A stretch of 64,000 bases of DNA from a virus. A program made the position numbers and the translations under genes. The notes beneath the pieces are model-generated. The model made no database searches. It was not told where the DNA came from and saw nothing but the letters and a program-made list of their open reading frames with translations. Positions 44,304-53,673 of this stretch are shown here, in pieces; position 1 is the stretch's first letter; each line of letters begins with the position of its first letter. The stretch is taken from IMG/VR virus record IMGVR_UViG_3300027908_000024, positions 12,860 to 76,859 of that record. The stretch is one strand, 5' to 3'.

Positions 44304-44573
44304 TTACTCCGTCTTTGGCATCTCCAGGCCGGCATCTGCATAGAGTGCCTTGATAAATGTCGGGACGCCACTTACATCGGCCAGTGCCAGCGTATAGGCA
44401 TGGTAACGTCGGCGAAGTTCATCAAGGAACTCTGGTGACGGTGGCAACATGGCGAGAAGCGACTCAATTTTTGCCTGTGACTCATCAACATTGGCGCGAT
44501 GATTTGCCAGAGATTTTTCCAGAATATCCATCTGGTACGCGGCCGATCCATAGACGTGTTCGTTGAACATCAA
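44304..44573 (-). CDS. Hypothetical protein, paralog of 43596..43865
   Basis: Same conserved motifs. Confidence 0.7.
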   Translation of the reverse strand: MMFNEHVYGSAAYQMDILEKSLANHRANVDESQAKIESLLAMLPPSPEFLDELRRRYHAYTLALADVSGVPTFIKALYADAGLEMPKTE

Positions 44574-44740
44574 TATGGCTCCATCTGATCAGCCTTCAAC
44601 TCTACACCGGACTCCCGATGTAGCTCGAAGACAAAATCCATCACGGATTCGTAGATTGAATTGTAGCCGCGCCGGCGCGATCGCTCCAGCAATTCGGCGA
44701 GGAATTCCGGTGACGGTGTTTCGGGGATCGCCTCATCCAT
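44570..44740 (-). CDS. Small hypothetical protein
   Basis: MDEAIPETPSPEFLAELLERSRRR; shares PSPEFLxEL with the adjacent family. Confidence 0.5.
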   Translation of the reverse strand: MDEAIPETPSPEFLAELLERSRRRGYNSIYESVMDFVFELHRESGVELKADQMEPY

Positions 44741-44996
44741 GTTTGCTCTCCGTATCACGCAGTCGCTGACGGATCGAATCATAGATAACCCCAGGCGAAC
44801 AGATTCTCGATTCTTCATCAACCTCCAACTGCCGTATCTTGAGCGCGACCATGTAGGGTGCCAAGGTGAGCAGCTCGAACGAGAACAAGTCGCATGGCTG
44901 CTTAAGGAGCAGGTTCAACTGCTCTCTTGAGAAGTAGACCACACCGATTGGCAACTCGCGCTCTGGCTCGCAAGTGCCTTCAAGAGGACAAGGCAT
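44733..44996 (-). CDS. Hypothetical protein
   Basis: 87 aa, AGGAG RBS. Confidence 0.5.
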   Translation of the reverse strand: MPCPLEGTCEPERELPIGVVYFSREQLNLLLKQPCDLFSFELLTLAPYMVALKIRQLEVDEESRICSPGVIYDSIRQRLRDTESKHG

Positions 44997-45016
44997 CAGT
45001 AACTCCTTTGCTTGGC

Positions 45017-45739
45017 TCAGAGGAACTCGCGAAAGTTGATCTTGTGTTCTGGTTCTTGCGGAGTCGCGGCCGGCACACCGAACGGAGGCAACTCGTAGGC
45101 GGCCAACTCGACTGTCTTGGTGACGCCTGGCTCAAACGCAACCTCGATCTTGCCGTAGAGTGCCGTGCCGTCCTCGCTGATCGTCACGTCCTGCTGGCAC
45201 TGGCTCAGATCAACGCCGGTTGGGTCGATCTGATCGCCGTTGAAATCACGCTGACCATCGAAAACGATGCCACAGACGCCATCAGCGACGAGTCGCTGAG
45301 TTTGTTCAAAGGCGCGACGCACCTTTTCCTTATCCGCTGCCTCTTTGGCTTCCTCCGCGATCCGCCACGGCGTCTTGGGATCGGGCTGGCCGGGGACGCT
45401 GAAGCCGATGAACTGGCCAATGGCGCGTTCACCAAGGACGCGCAGCGCGGCTGGCATCTCTGGATGAGCATTCATGAAATCCTGGATCTCGCAACTCTGC
45501 TCCGCGCCGCAATAGACCGGCTCGATTTCGTGGATATACTCACCTTCGCCGATGATCGGGAACGATGGATGCTGGAGCCTGAAGACAAGATGGCCGCGCA
45601 GAAAAAGTTTGTCCTCGAAGACAGACTCTATGACGGTATTGCCTGGCAATTGCAACAGACTGACGAGAAACTCTCTTGCCACACGGCAAACGCCGACACG
45701 CCGATCATCTGAGGTATGAACTGCTGCTGACTCACTCAT
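45017..45739 (-). CDS. Hypothetical protein, paralog of 45736..46146 with a C-terminal extension
   Basis: RRVGVCRVAREFLVSLLQLP...QFIGFSVPGQ. Confidence 0.7.
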   Translation of the reverse strand: MSESAAVHTSDDRRVGVCRVAREFLVSLLQLPGNTVIESVFEDKLFLRGHLVFRLQHPSFPIIGEGEYIHEIEPVYCGAEQSCEIQDFMNAHPEMPAALRVLGERAIGQFIGFSVPGQPDPKTPWRIAEEAKEAADKEKVRRAFEQTQRLVADGVCGIVFDGQRDFNGDQIDPTGVDLSQCQQDVTISEDGTALYGKIEVAFEPGVTKTVELAAYELPPFGVPAATPQEPEHKINFREFL

Positions 45740-46146
45740 GGCTGTTCTCCTGCTTGTGGTTTCTCTTCCTCCGGCATCGTCGGCTCATCCTGCCCCGGCA
45801 GTTTGAAGCCGATAAACTTGCTCGCCGCCTGTGCGGCCAATCGTTTCAGGCTCTCCGGTGCATCAGGATGTCTACCCAGAAAGGCGAGGATCTCCGCCTG
45901 ATCGTCCTGACCAATATACCAGGGCTCGATAAACGGGATACGCTCACCGAACGCCACGGGTGGAAACGAGGCGTGGCACAACCGCAAAAGGAACGGTCCG
46001 TTGAGATCGTGCTGGTCGCTCCACAGGTTGTCCAGTTCCGTGAAGGTCGGAAGTTGGAGCAATTGCAGGAGCATCTGGCGGGAGACGGAGCAGATGCCGA
46101 TGCGGCGGGAGGCGCTGGGTGATTGTGGAACTATAGGGCCGCTCAT
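45736..46146 (-). CDS. Hypothetical protein, paralog of 45017..45739
   Basis: RRIGICSVSRQMLLQLLQLP...KFIGFKLPGQ. Confidence 0.7.
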   Translation of the reverse strand: MSGPIVPQSPSASRRIGICSVSRQMLLQLLQLPTFTELDNLWSDQHDLNGPFLLRLCHASFPPVAFGERIPFIEPWYIGQDDQAEILAFLGRHPDAPESLKRLAAQAASKFIGFKLPGQDEPTMPEEEKPQAGEQP

Positions 46147-46155
46147 GGATGATCC

Positions 46156-46473
46156 TCAGTCGTTTTCGTCGATGGCACGCTGGATCTCATGTTGATTTCG
46201 CGATACGTATTCCCACGCGGCGGCAAGATCAGCGCGTGTCAACTGAGGTAAGCCGTCAAGAATCCTGTCGTTCGTCCAGCCAAGCCGTCGCCAGCATTCC
46301 AGGCCAAAAACCGTGATCTCTGTGTCACGAATATGAGCATGGCCTGAGCAAAGGTCGCTGGTCTTGACAATCTCATGTGGCCGATAGGCATCCGCCAGCG
46401 CTTGCAAGATTCCTGAATGCCGCTCAAAGGTTGACTTGGCGGCAGCAAGGAACGCGGGATCGTATTCACTCAT
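46156..46473 (-). CDS. DUF433-family protein
   Basis: IVKTSDLCSGHAHIRDTEITV...GWTNDRILDGLPQLTRADLAAAWEY matches the DUF433 consensus. Start at MSEYDP. Confidence 0.8.
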   Translation of the reverse strand: MSEYDPAFLAAAKSTFERHSGILQALADAYRPHEIVKTSDLCSGHAHIRDTEITVFGLECWRRLGWTNDRILDGLPQLTRADLAAAWEYVSRNQHEIQRAIDEND

Positions 46474-46510
46474 AGAGACACCATAGTCTGGCGATCGCGC
46501 GGTTTCCAGA

Positions 46511-47101
46511 TCATTTCTCCACACCCCGGCCGTGTTCATCCCTGCTCTTGTGGTGACTCTCGGGATGGTGCGGTTTTTTCGGTTCGACGACGCCTTCGAC
46601 ATCGGGCACGTCCTCGACCTCGGTGGGGTTTTCTTCGTCACGCTTGCGCTTGTCGTCGTCTTGTTCGTCCTTGGGCTTGGCGAAACAATGGCCGTGTTCG
46701 TCACGCGAGCAATCGGAGAGGTTGTCGCCCCGGCGCTTGGTGATGGGTGCGAAAATGCCCTTGGCTTCGTCGGGTTCGTTGCTGGATTCTTCGCTCTCTT
46801 CGCCCTCGTCGGCCATGATCTCAGCAGCGCCGGCGCGGGCGGCTTCTTCATCCACGTAGTTGCCGTCCTCATCGCGCGGCATCTCCAGCAAGAACAGCGC
46901 GGCGGCAAGTTCCTGATCGGTCATGGAGTCGCGATCAGGCTTGGCCAGTTCCTTGCCATGCTCGTCGCGCGGGAGATCCTTCTTCTCTTTGGCCTGTTCG
47001 GCGCGGATCTTGTCCCAGGCTTTATCCAGGTCCGCTTCCTGTTCTGGGGTCAGTTCAATCTCTTCGGGCTGGGATTCGTCTTGCTTCGGTTCTGCGCTCA
47101 T
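46511..47101 (-). CDS. Acidic RDEHG-repeat protein; N-terminus is a candidate immunity peptide for the upstream GNAT-like domain
   Basis: 196 aa, ATGA overlap with the 2191-aa gene, 3 RDEHG plus 1 RDEDG. Confidence 0.7.
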   Translation of the reverse strand: MSAEPKQDESQPEEIELTPEQEADLDKAWDKIRAEQAKEKKDLPRDEHGKELAKPDRDSMTDQELAAALFLLEMPRDEDGNYVDEEAARAGAAEIMADEGEESEESSNEPDEAKGIFAPITKRRGDNLSDCSRDEHGHCFAKPKDEQDDDKRKRDEENPTEVEDVPDVEGVVEPKKPHHPESHHKSRDEHGRGVEK

Positions 47102-50100
47102 GCTGCCCTCCTACTGCTTGCCATGTAAGCCTCCAACACCTTCCGGCTCCGCGAGCCTTCCGTGAGATCGAATTCGGCCTGCGTCATGTCGCTGCCCTCA
47201 GACAGCCACCAGTCGGAACCGAGAATCACGGTGCGGTCCTTGACGGGCTTGCCCAACTGCCGGTCCTTGTCGGCGCAGTTCTTGCGGACACGCTCAGCTT
47301 CTACATCGTTGATATAGTGCGTCACGTCTGGCATTGCCATTATATCAAGAACGCTCTTGGCGTCGGGAAATCGCTGCTTGATTTTATTCTTCGTATTGTA
47401 ATCGAACTTATCGATCTTCTGATCGTAGCCAAAGCGCGGCCAGGTATAGTAGCCGTTGAAATCACCCTTCCTGAGACTAAAACTTCCGGCTGCATGGGTC
47501 GCGATGTAATCGAAGCCGTGATCTGCTCCGTTCTTGACCTCGCCACTGAAAATCTCGAATCCCAGACCGCCAGCACGGTATTCCTCCTTGATGACCAGAA
47601 GATTGTTGTGGATGAACTTCTTGCCTTTTTTATCGACGCCCAGGAATCGCGAGCAGCCATTCAGTTTCGGATGGCTGATCTGGACACGAATCCCGTGACC
47701 ATCAAGGGAATAATCCTCGCCCTTGCGCTTGTAATCGATGCTGGCGCCTTCTGGTACACCGATGATCTTGATGACCGTCTTGTCATCCATCTGGCCGAAG
47801 ATTTCATCGGCTTCCTTTTCGGTATCTCTTCTGGCCTGTGCTGGTCGCGCGGGTACTGGTCGCTGTGCAGGCGCGGCTGGTTGCACCGGGCGGGCTGGCA
47901 TGCGGTTATCGGTTGGCGCAGGTGTGGTGCCCGCCGCTCGTGAGGCATTCGCTGGATCAATGATGTCTCGCTGTCTTGCCTGCAAGCGTTCCAGTTCTTC
48001 CTCAGCAGCCACTACAACGGCGTCACGATCCCTGTCGCCCCAATGGGCCTGCATCCTCATTCTGCCGGTATCATCGAAAACCTGCCAGCGATAGACCGGT
48101 TCGCCCTGGCTATTGTGCTCCGTTGCGATCCGAACCGTCGCCTGCATGGCGCCGGCAGCGTCCACGATGGAGCCGATGGTATCGGGATCTGGCGCAGGCG
48201 ATTCATCTTCTGGTCCCCATGAAGCCGGCGACGATGCTCCCGCCGCTTCGGGTCGTGGAATGGGGAATTCCTCCGGCGCAGGAGTTAGCGCTGGAGTTGC
48301 CTGAGCGGCCTGGCGTTGATTGGTGTACTTGGCCAGCGTTCGTTGAGCGATGCGCTCCGCGTATTCGGCCTTGCGGCCACCGGAGGCACGCACGGCAAGT
48401 TCTTTCTTGACGGCCGTGATCTGCGGCCTGGTCAGACCGTTGAAGGCTGCTGCCAGTTTGGCCGGGGTGTCGAATCTTCCCGACTGCAATTCTCTGGTGA
48501 TGCGCTGCGCCAACTGTTGCGGACTTTCAACACCGTGGATCTGCGCATCGACCGGGATCTTGCCGCAAGCGATGCGGTTATTGCTGCTGTAGCAGATCCG
48601 CCTGCCAGCGGCATCACGGTTTTCAGAGAAACCACGAACATTGCCGTGCTCGTCACGAACTGCTTCGGGTCTTGGCGCTGGTGGTTCGGCAGGCTCAGCA
48701 GCCGTGGTTCGGCGCGATGAGCCTTCTGCGGATGCGTTTGGATTGCGCGCCGGCACGACCCGGCCAGAATCATTGAGCGTAAACCATCTACCAGAGGGGC
48801 CTTGCCAGACCTCGCCTTCGCGGCGCGGCGTCGTGGCTGCCTTGCGATAGAGGATGAGCGGATCAAGAGTCTTCAGGTTGCCGTGTTCGTCTCTGTCCAT
48901 CGGATCATCCTCTGTTGCCTGCCAACCATTCTTGCGCTCACAGGATTTTGTGATCGGTCGGCCATGAGGATCACGCTCGTCGAAGCGAGCCAGGGATTTC
49001 TCTTCGGACGATGGTTCCTCATCTTCCAGAATCGCAAACTTGTCGCGAAGGCTTTCGGAAACCTTGCTGATGGTTTCAAACATGGTTTCATCATAGTCTA
49101 CGGCAGCGCTCTCGAACGCTCCAAGGGCATCCTCATAGCGCTCTCCCGCCTTGTCGTTTCGCGAATCGGCGCGCTCGAATGTCGCTTCCCATTTCGCGAA
49201 GGCACGCTCATAGTTGTCCTGTAGTTTTGTTGAATTCTTCTCCCATTTAGCATAGGTCTTGTCGAATTCCTTGCTGGCGTTTTCGTGGTCGCGGTCAAGA
49301 CGTGCGACTTCTTTCTGCCAGGATTGCCATTCGGGTGTATTTTCTTCCGGTTCATCGGGATACTCTGGCTCGTCCGGTGGCTGAGGCTCATCTGGGATGA
49401 TCGGCGCTTCTGGTTCAGCGGCGCGTACCTCATCAAGAGCCTTGCTGGCTTCCTCTTCTGAGGCGGCGCGCTCAGTGAACTTTGAAAGCGCCTGCTGCAA
49501 CGCAACCCCATACTTGGTCGATGCCTTGCCGAGCGGAGTCAATTCTGCATGCGCATCCACTTCACGGAGCTTTTCAATCGCACCGTCGTAACTGGATACC
49601 AGAGCGTCCGCATAGTTTTGTGCCGCTGCGGTTATTTCGCTGGCACTGGCCTGACTTTGGCTGTATGCGGTCTTGAGTTCGTTGAAACGCTGTGCCGCCT
49701 CGTGCCGTTTATCTTGGCCGTCTACAAGATGCTTATCGGCAGCATCGACAGCATCTAGTGTGGCGTCTGCTTTCGTGGTCTGGGTCGTTGCTGGAGCCAC
49801 CGGTTCTGGCGCTGGCTGTTGAGGCACTTCTGGTTTGATCTCTGGAGTAACCTCTGCCGGCGCGGCTGGCTTTTGCTTTCCGGCGTACTGTTCACCGTCT
49901 GCCAGCGCCTGATCCTTGCTATCGCCCCATTGCCCCTGAGCGGCAAGTTGCCCGTCGTCGTAAAATGCTGCCCAACCGTAGACCGGTTTGCCGTCAAGAT
50001 TCCCTTCAGCGAGTCGGACCGAAACATTGCCCTGCGCGCCGCCATCAACCTTGCCGATGTCCTGGACGTAGCCACCATGCTGCACCTTGGCGGGATCGAT

Positions 50101-53100
50101 CTTCTGATCGGATTCTGGAGACTCCTCTGGAGGCTTCTTTTGTTCGATCTGGCGACCGTGCTCATCGCGCTGATCGGCTGATGCTGGCGGAGTCTGGGTT
50201 GGTTGCGCTGATTGTTGGCTTGCGGCTTGTGGAGTTGCTGGCTGCGACTGTCCGTTCGGCGAACAGGGATAACCTGTTTCCGTATCGTGATAGCGGTTTT
50301 GATCACCTTGTTCGTTCCTCTCACACGATTTGCGCCAGCGCGCGAGTGTATCAATCGCCTTCTTCTCCCCGACAACCCCAACCTCTGCCCATTCGCACGC
50401 TTCCCTGCTACAGCGCCGGCCGTCACCATCGGTCATCTCAAGCGTGGCTGCGCCACAGATCGGACAAGTGGCTGGCAATATACTCTTCTGCTCCAGCACA
50501 TGCTCTTCTTCGCTGGCCTCATGGTGTTCTTCCTTATTCTCTCCCGTGGCATTCTCAATAATTGCTGGTGTCAGTGCCTCAAGTTCCTCTTTGCTGAACA
50601 CCGGCCGATGAGAAAACTCCACCGCATTGGCGAGCGCGTGGGCCTGTGCGTAGGTCTTCTGATGATGCTTCATCAACAGGTATTCAGCATACTCATGCAG
50701 CGCGATCAGCGGAATCTCATCGGGTTCCGTGTCGGCCTCGATCCAGATTTCGCCGTTGGGTTGCCAGGGATAGACGGCCGGGTTCCCCCCTTCAAGCCAA
50801 TCGGTCTTGAAACGATCTCTGACCACTTCACCATCAACCAAATATATGTTGATCGGCTTGGCCGGATTGTCAGCGGTTCCCGAGCCGTCATCCTGAAGCG
50901 TGGCATAGTGCGAGACGTAGATGTTATCCGGCACGTCCCCACCAGCATGCATCTCGATCCCGGAGGCTTTCTCTCTCTCAGCTTTCTCCTTCTTGAGTCC
51001 ACGCTCGTAGGCTTCCGGACCCGATACGCCCTTATTTTCGGCGCGCTTGCGCGTCACGGCTTTGTCGAGGACGAACGGTAGCTCTTCTTCCGGCAACCTG
51101 TCAGAAATCCAGATGGCGTTCTCCGGTATCAGGTCCGGGAAGTCAGAGCGAATCGCCTCGATGCCGAATTCCTCATCATCGATGTTGAGATCGCGGAGCG
51201 TCTTGGCATCGATGATAAAGACCCGGTAGCCGGCATAGTCCATCAGGTGGCCGACCACACCGCCGAACGCAGCATTGGCAACATCTTCTGGTTTGCGAAC
51301 TGGCTCTTCTCCACTCTGATGGCTTACCGAAATACCTTGCGGCAGGCATCTTCCATGTTCGTCGCGGTCGCAATTGGCGAAAAACGAAGATTTGGCAAGT
51401 TGGCTTGCCAGACGTTTCGTCAGCAGATCCGCCAACGCATCGCCAGAGGATTGCTCACGCGCCCGGCCATGCTCATCACGCTCCTGGTGTTCATCCTCGC
51501 CACCTTCCGCATCGCCCAGGTCAAAATCAATATCGGCTTCTGGTGAGCCAACTCCCATCTCCAGGCTCTTCTTCTTTGGTTTGATATTCGCCTTGCCGCC
51601 ACGCGCAACAAACTTCTGCGCCGCCGTATCATCCATGAGCCGGACCGCATGATAGGCTTGCTGAAATAGCTTGAGCTTCTGCTCATGCGACAGCGACTTG
51701 CCGTCCTTGCCCTTCATCGCCTTGATCTGTTCCGCGATACCTTGAAGCGCTTTCTTGTGATGCTCGCCCATGTTGGCATTGAGCTTGACCTTAACTTTGA
51801 TCGAGTTGCCGTCCTTGCGCCAGCGCAGTGTATTTGGCTTCTGCGGTTGTTTGCCGGCAGAGGCAGATTCCTTGACCAGTTCCGGCCTGGTAACTTCGAC
51901 AACAGCCTTGTTCATGTCCTCCTGGGACTTGATTTCGCCTCGGTTGACCTTCTCCTGAAGTTTGGCCTCAGCCCACTCGGGGTTCTTGTCGCTGTTGGGA
52001 ATCGGCTGACCGTTCTGCACGGCCTGGAAATAGGGGCCGGCCGTGGTCTGGACGGCCTCATCGTGAGCCGCTGTAACGGCCTCTTGGAGCGCTTCTGGAG
52101 CGACGGCGTCCATTACCTGTGCTGTGTCTTTGAGGACATCGATATGATCGTTCGTGTCTGGGCGTAGCGCTATGCGACCATCAACGGAAAAAATATCCGG
52201 TGGTTTAGTGAATCCGGCAGATTCTTCGGGTATCTCGGCTTTATCTCCTAGAATCCAGCCTTTCTGCTTGAAAAACTCAGTCGCCTTTGGGAACTCTCGC
52301 TGAACCTCATTCATGGAAATCTGCGAGCCATAGAGCAATCTGGAAAATTCGGCTAAGGCTTCGCTCGGTGATGTGTTAGCATAACTCGTGAGCGACGCAG
52401 AATATTCGCCGAGATCTTTGCTCTTGTCGATAAATTCTTCCTGAAAAATATTGCCCCATTCCTCTGATCCGCTAACTGCATGCTTGCCTTCTGAACTATC
52501 GAGTGCATGGCCAAATTCATGGGCGTAAACTTCGTCCTCCAGTGATCCGGCAAAATAGCCATAGCGGCCGTAAAAGGCTTTCTCATTGCTGCCGTCAAGA
52601 TGAAGTTTGCCATTGGAATTATTGTAGCACCCGGCGACATTAACGGCCCCTTTGGCAACGCCTTCTCGCTGCGCGGTCAATTTCTCCCGGTATTCATCTG
52701 AGATGAATGAATTCTCCAACGCACCGTCAAGAACTGCAAGGCCAAGGGTTTTGTTGTCACCATAGAACTCTGTTCCGCCGTCGTTGCCCTTCTGGATCGC
52801 ATCAAGGACGGTTTGTGGCATCCTGGCGCTGACGCGGTCAAGTGCCGCGCCATAGGCTTTCTTTTTGGCGTCAGGCAGATTGCTTGAGGCCAGAGAATCA
52901 TGAATGCGTTGCATTCCGGTGTGGCGACCATTCTGGTCGGCGGATGCGTTTTTGCCCGCCGATACCTGCTGAGCGCCACTCCTGTCAGATGGCTGTTTTT
53001 GTCGGCCATGCTCATCGCGATCAGGTGCTGGTTCTTGCTTGCCTGACGGGTCACGTTCTACCGGCGATGGCAAGGTCTGATCCGTCTTGGAAGGAGCCTT

Positions 53101-53673
53101 CGCATTACCATGCTCGTCTCTTTGAGCGTTCGGATCGGCCGCCCATGTATTGTGCAGATGACCCTGAGAATCCTCGATGTTGACGCGCCAATGGCCGGGA
53201 GATGCCTCATAGGGCTGATCGGTTGGATGCGCTGGATCAGCGGTCGCTGTGCCAGATGTTGACGAGTCCGCCTTCGGCATGCCGGTAGCAGCGCTGGCGG
53301 CCTTGCGGAACGGAACCGTAACGCCTTTGGTTTTCGGCTCAATCGGTCGGCCGTGTTCATCGCGTGGCGATTCTTTATCACCGCCTCCCTCTTCTCTGGC
53401 CTCACTGGCTCTCAGATAGGCGCTCCGATAGGTATAGCGGAGGTTTCTCAGGAACGCTTCAGGACTGTCCTGAGACCCGATGAGTTGTCTGCTCTGTTTG
53501 TCCGATATGGGGTGCGCCAGGATGTTTCGCAGCATCAACGAATCTTCCGGCTCCAGCGCGAACGCGCCATCGCTGTAACGGATCTTGCCCGCCACTTCAT
53601 CCTGCCATTCGGGACAGCGGTAGAAGGTAACTTCCAGTGTCGGAGCGCTGGTTGTGGTGGCTGCTTCGCTCAT
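47098..53673 (-). CDS. Giant polyvalent protein: ATLF-like HExxH metallopeptidase, second HE domain, helical region, C-terminal GNAT-like domain
   Basis: 2191 aa. YAHEFGHALD...YANTSPSEALAEF (about 52170-52900); LHEYAEYLLM (about 50690); NNLLVIKEEYRAGGLGFEIF...GFDYIATHA...GYYTWPRFGYD (about 47100-47800); 8 RDEHG motifs. Confidence 0.8.
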   Translation of the reverse strand: MSEAATTTSAPTLEVTFYRCPEWQDEVAGKIRYSDGAFALEPEDSLMLRNILAHPISDKQSRQLIGSQDSPEAFLRNLRYTYRSAYLRASEAREEGGGDKESPRDEHGRPIEPKTKGVTVPFRKAASAATGMPKADSSTSGTATADPAHPTDQPYEASPGHWRVNIEDSQGHLHNTWAADPNAQRDEHGNAKAPSKTDQTLPSPVERDPSGKQEPAPDRDEHGRQKQPSDRSGAQQVSAGKNASADQNGRHTGMQRIHDSLASSNLPDAKKKAYGAALDRVSARMPQTVLDAIQKGNDGGTEFYGDNKTLGLAVLDGALENSFISDEYREKLTAQREGVAKGAVNVAGCYNNSNGKLHLDGSNEKAFYGRYGYFAGSLEDEVYAHEFGHALDSSEGKHAVSGSEEWGNIFQEEFIDKSKDLGEYSASLTSYANTSPSEALAEFSRLLYGSQISMNEVQREFPKATEFFKQKGWILGDKAEIPEESAGFTKPPDIFSVDGRIALRPDTNDHIDVLKDTAQVMDAVAPEALQEAVTAAHDEAVQTTAGPYFQAVQNGQPIPNSDKNPEWAEAKLQEKVNRGEIKSQEDMNKAVVEVTRPELVKESASAGKQPQKPNTLRWRKDGNSIKVKVKLNANMGEHHKKALQGIAEQIKAMKGKDGKSLSHEQKLKLFQQAYHAVRLMDDTAAQKFVARGGKANIKPKKKSLEMGVGSPEADIDFDLGDAEGGEDEHQERDEHGRAREQSSGDALADLLTKRLASQLAKSSFFANCDRDEHGRCLPQGISVSHQSGEEPVRKPEDVANAAFGGVVGHLMDYAGYRVFIIDAKTLRDLNIDDEEFGIEAIRSDFPDLIPENAIWISDRLPEEELPFVLDKAVTRKRAENKGVSGPEAYERGLKKEKAEREKASGIEMHAGGDVPDNIYVSHYATLQDDGSGTADNPAKPINIYLVDGEVVRDRFKTDWLEGGNPAVYPWQPNGEIWIEADTEPDEIPLIALHEYAEYLLMKHHQKTYAQAHALANAVEFSHRPVFSKEELEALTPAIIENATGENKEEHHEASEEEHVLEQKSILPATCPICGAATLEMTDGDGRRCSREACEWAEVGVVGEKKAIDTLARWRKSCERNEQGDQNRYHDTETGYPCSPNGQSQPATPQAASQQSAQPTQTPPASADQRDEHGRQIEQKKPPEESPESDQKIDPAKVQHGGYVQDIGKVDGGAQGNVSVRLAEGNLDGKPVYGWAAFYDDGQLAAQGQWGDSKDQALADGEQYAGKQKPAAPAEVTPEIKPEVPQQPAPEPVAPATTQTTKADATLDAVDAADKHLVDGQDKRHEAAQRFNELKTAYSQSQASASEITAAAQNYADALVSSYDGAIEKLREVDAHAELTPLGKASTKYGVALQQALSKFTERAASEEEASKALDEVRAAEPEAPIIPDEPQPPDEPEYPDEPEENTPEWQSWQKEVARLDRDHENASKEFDKTYAKWEKNSTKLQDNYERAFAKWEATFERADSRNDKAGERYEDALGAFESAAVDYDETMFETISKVSESLRDKFAILEDEEPSSEEKSLARFDERDPHGRPITKSCERKNGWQATEDDPMDRDEHGNLKTLDPLILYRKAATTPRREGEVWQGPSGRWFTLNDSGRVVPARNPNASAEGSSRRTTAAEPAEPPAPRPEAVRDEHGNVRGFSENRDAAGRRICYSSNNRIACGKIPVDAQIHGVESPQQLAQRITRELQSGRFDTPAKLAAAFNGLTRPQITAVKKELAVRASGGRKAEYAERIAQRTLAKYTNQRQAAQATPALTPAPEEFPIPRPEAAGASSPASWGPEDESPAPDPDTIGSIVDAAGAMQATVRIATEHNSQGEPVYRWQVFDDTGRMRMQAHWGDRDRDAVVVAAEEELERLQARQRDIIDPANASRAAGTTPAPTDNRMPARPVQPAAPAQRPVPARPAQARRDTEKEADEIFGQMDDKTVIKIIGVPEGASIDYKRKGEDYSLDGHGIRVQISHPKLNGCSRFLGVDKKGKKFIHNNLLVIKEEYRAGGLGFEIFSGEVKNGADHGFDYIATHAAGSFSLRKGDFNGYYTWPRFGYDQKIDKFDYNTKNKIKQRFPDAKSVLDIMAMPDVTHYINDVEAERVRKNCADKDRQLGKPVKDRTVILGSDWWLSEGSDMTQAEFDLTEGSRSRKVLEAYMASSRRAA

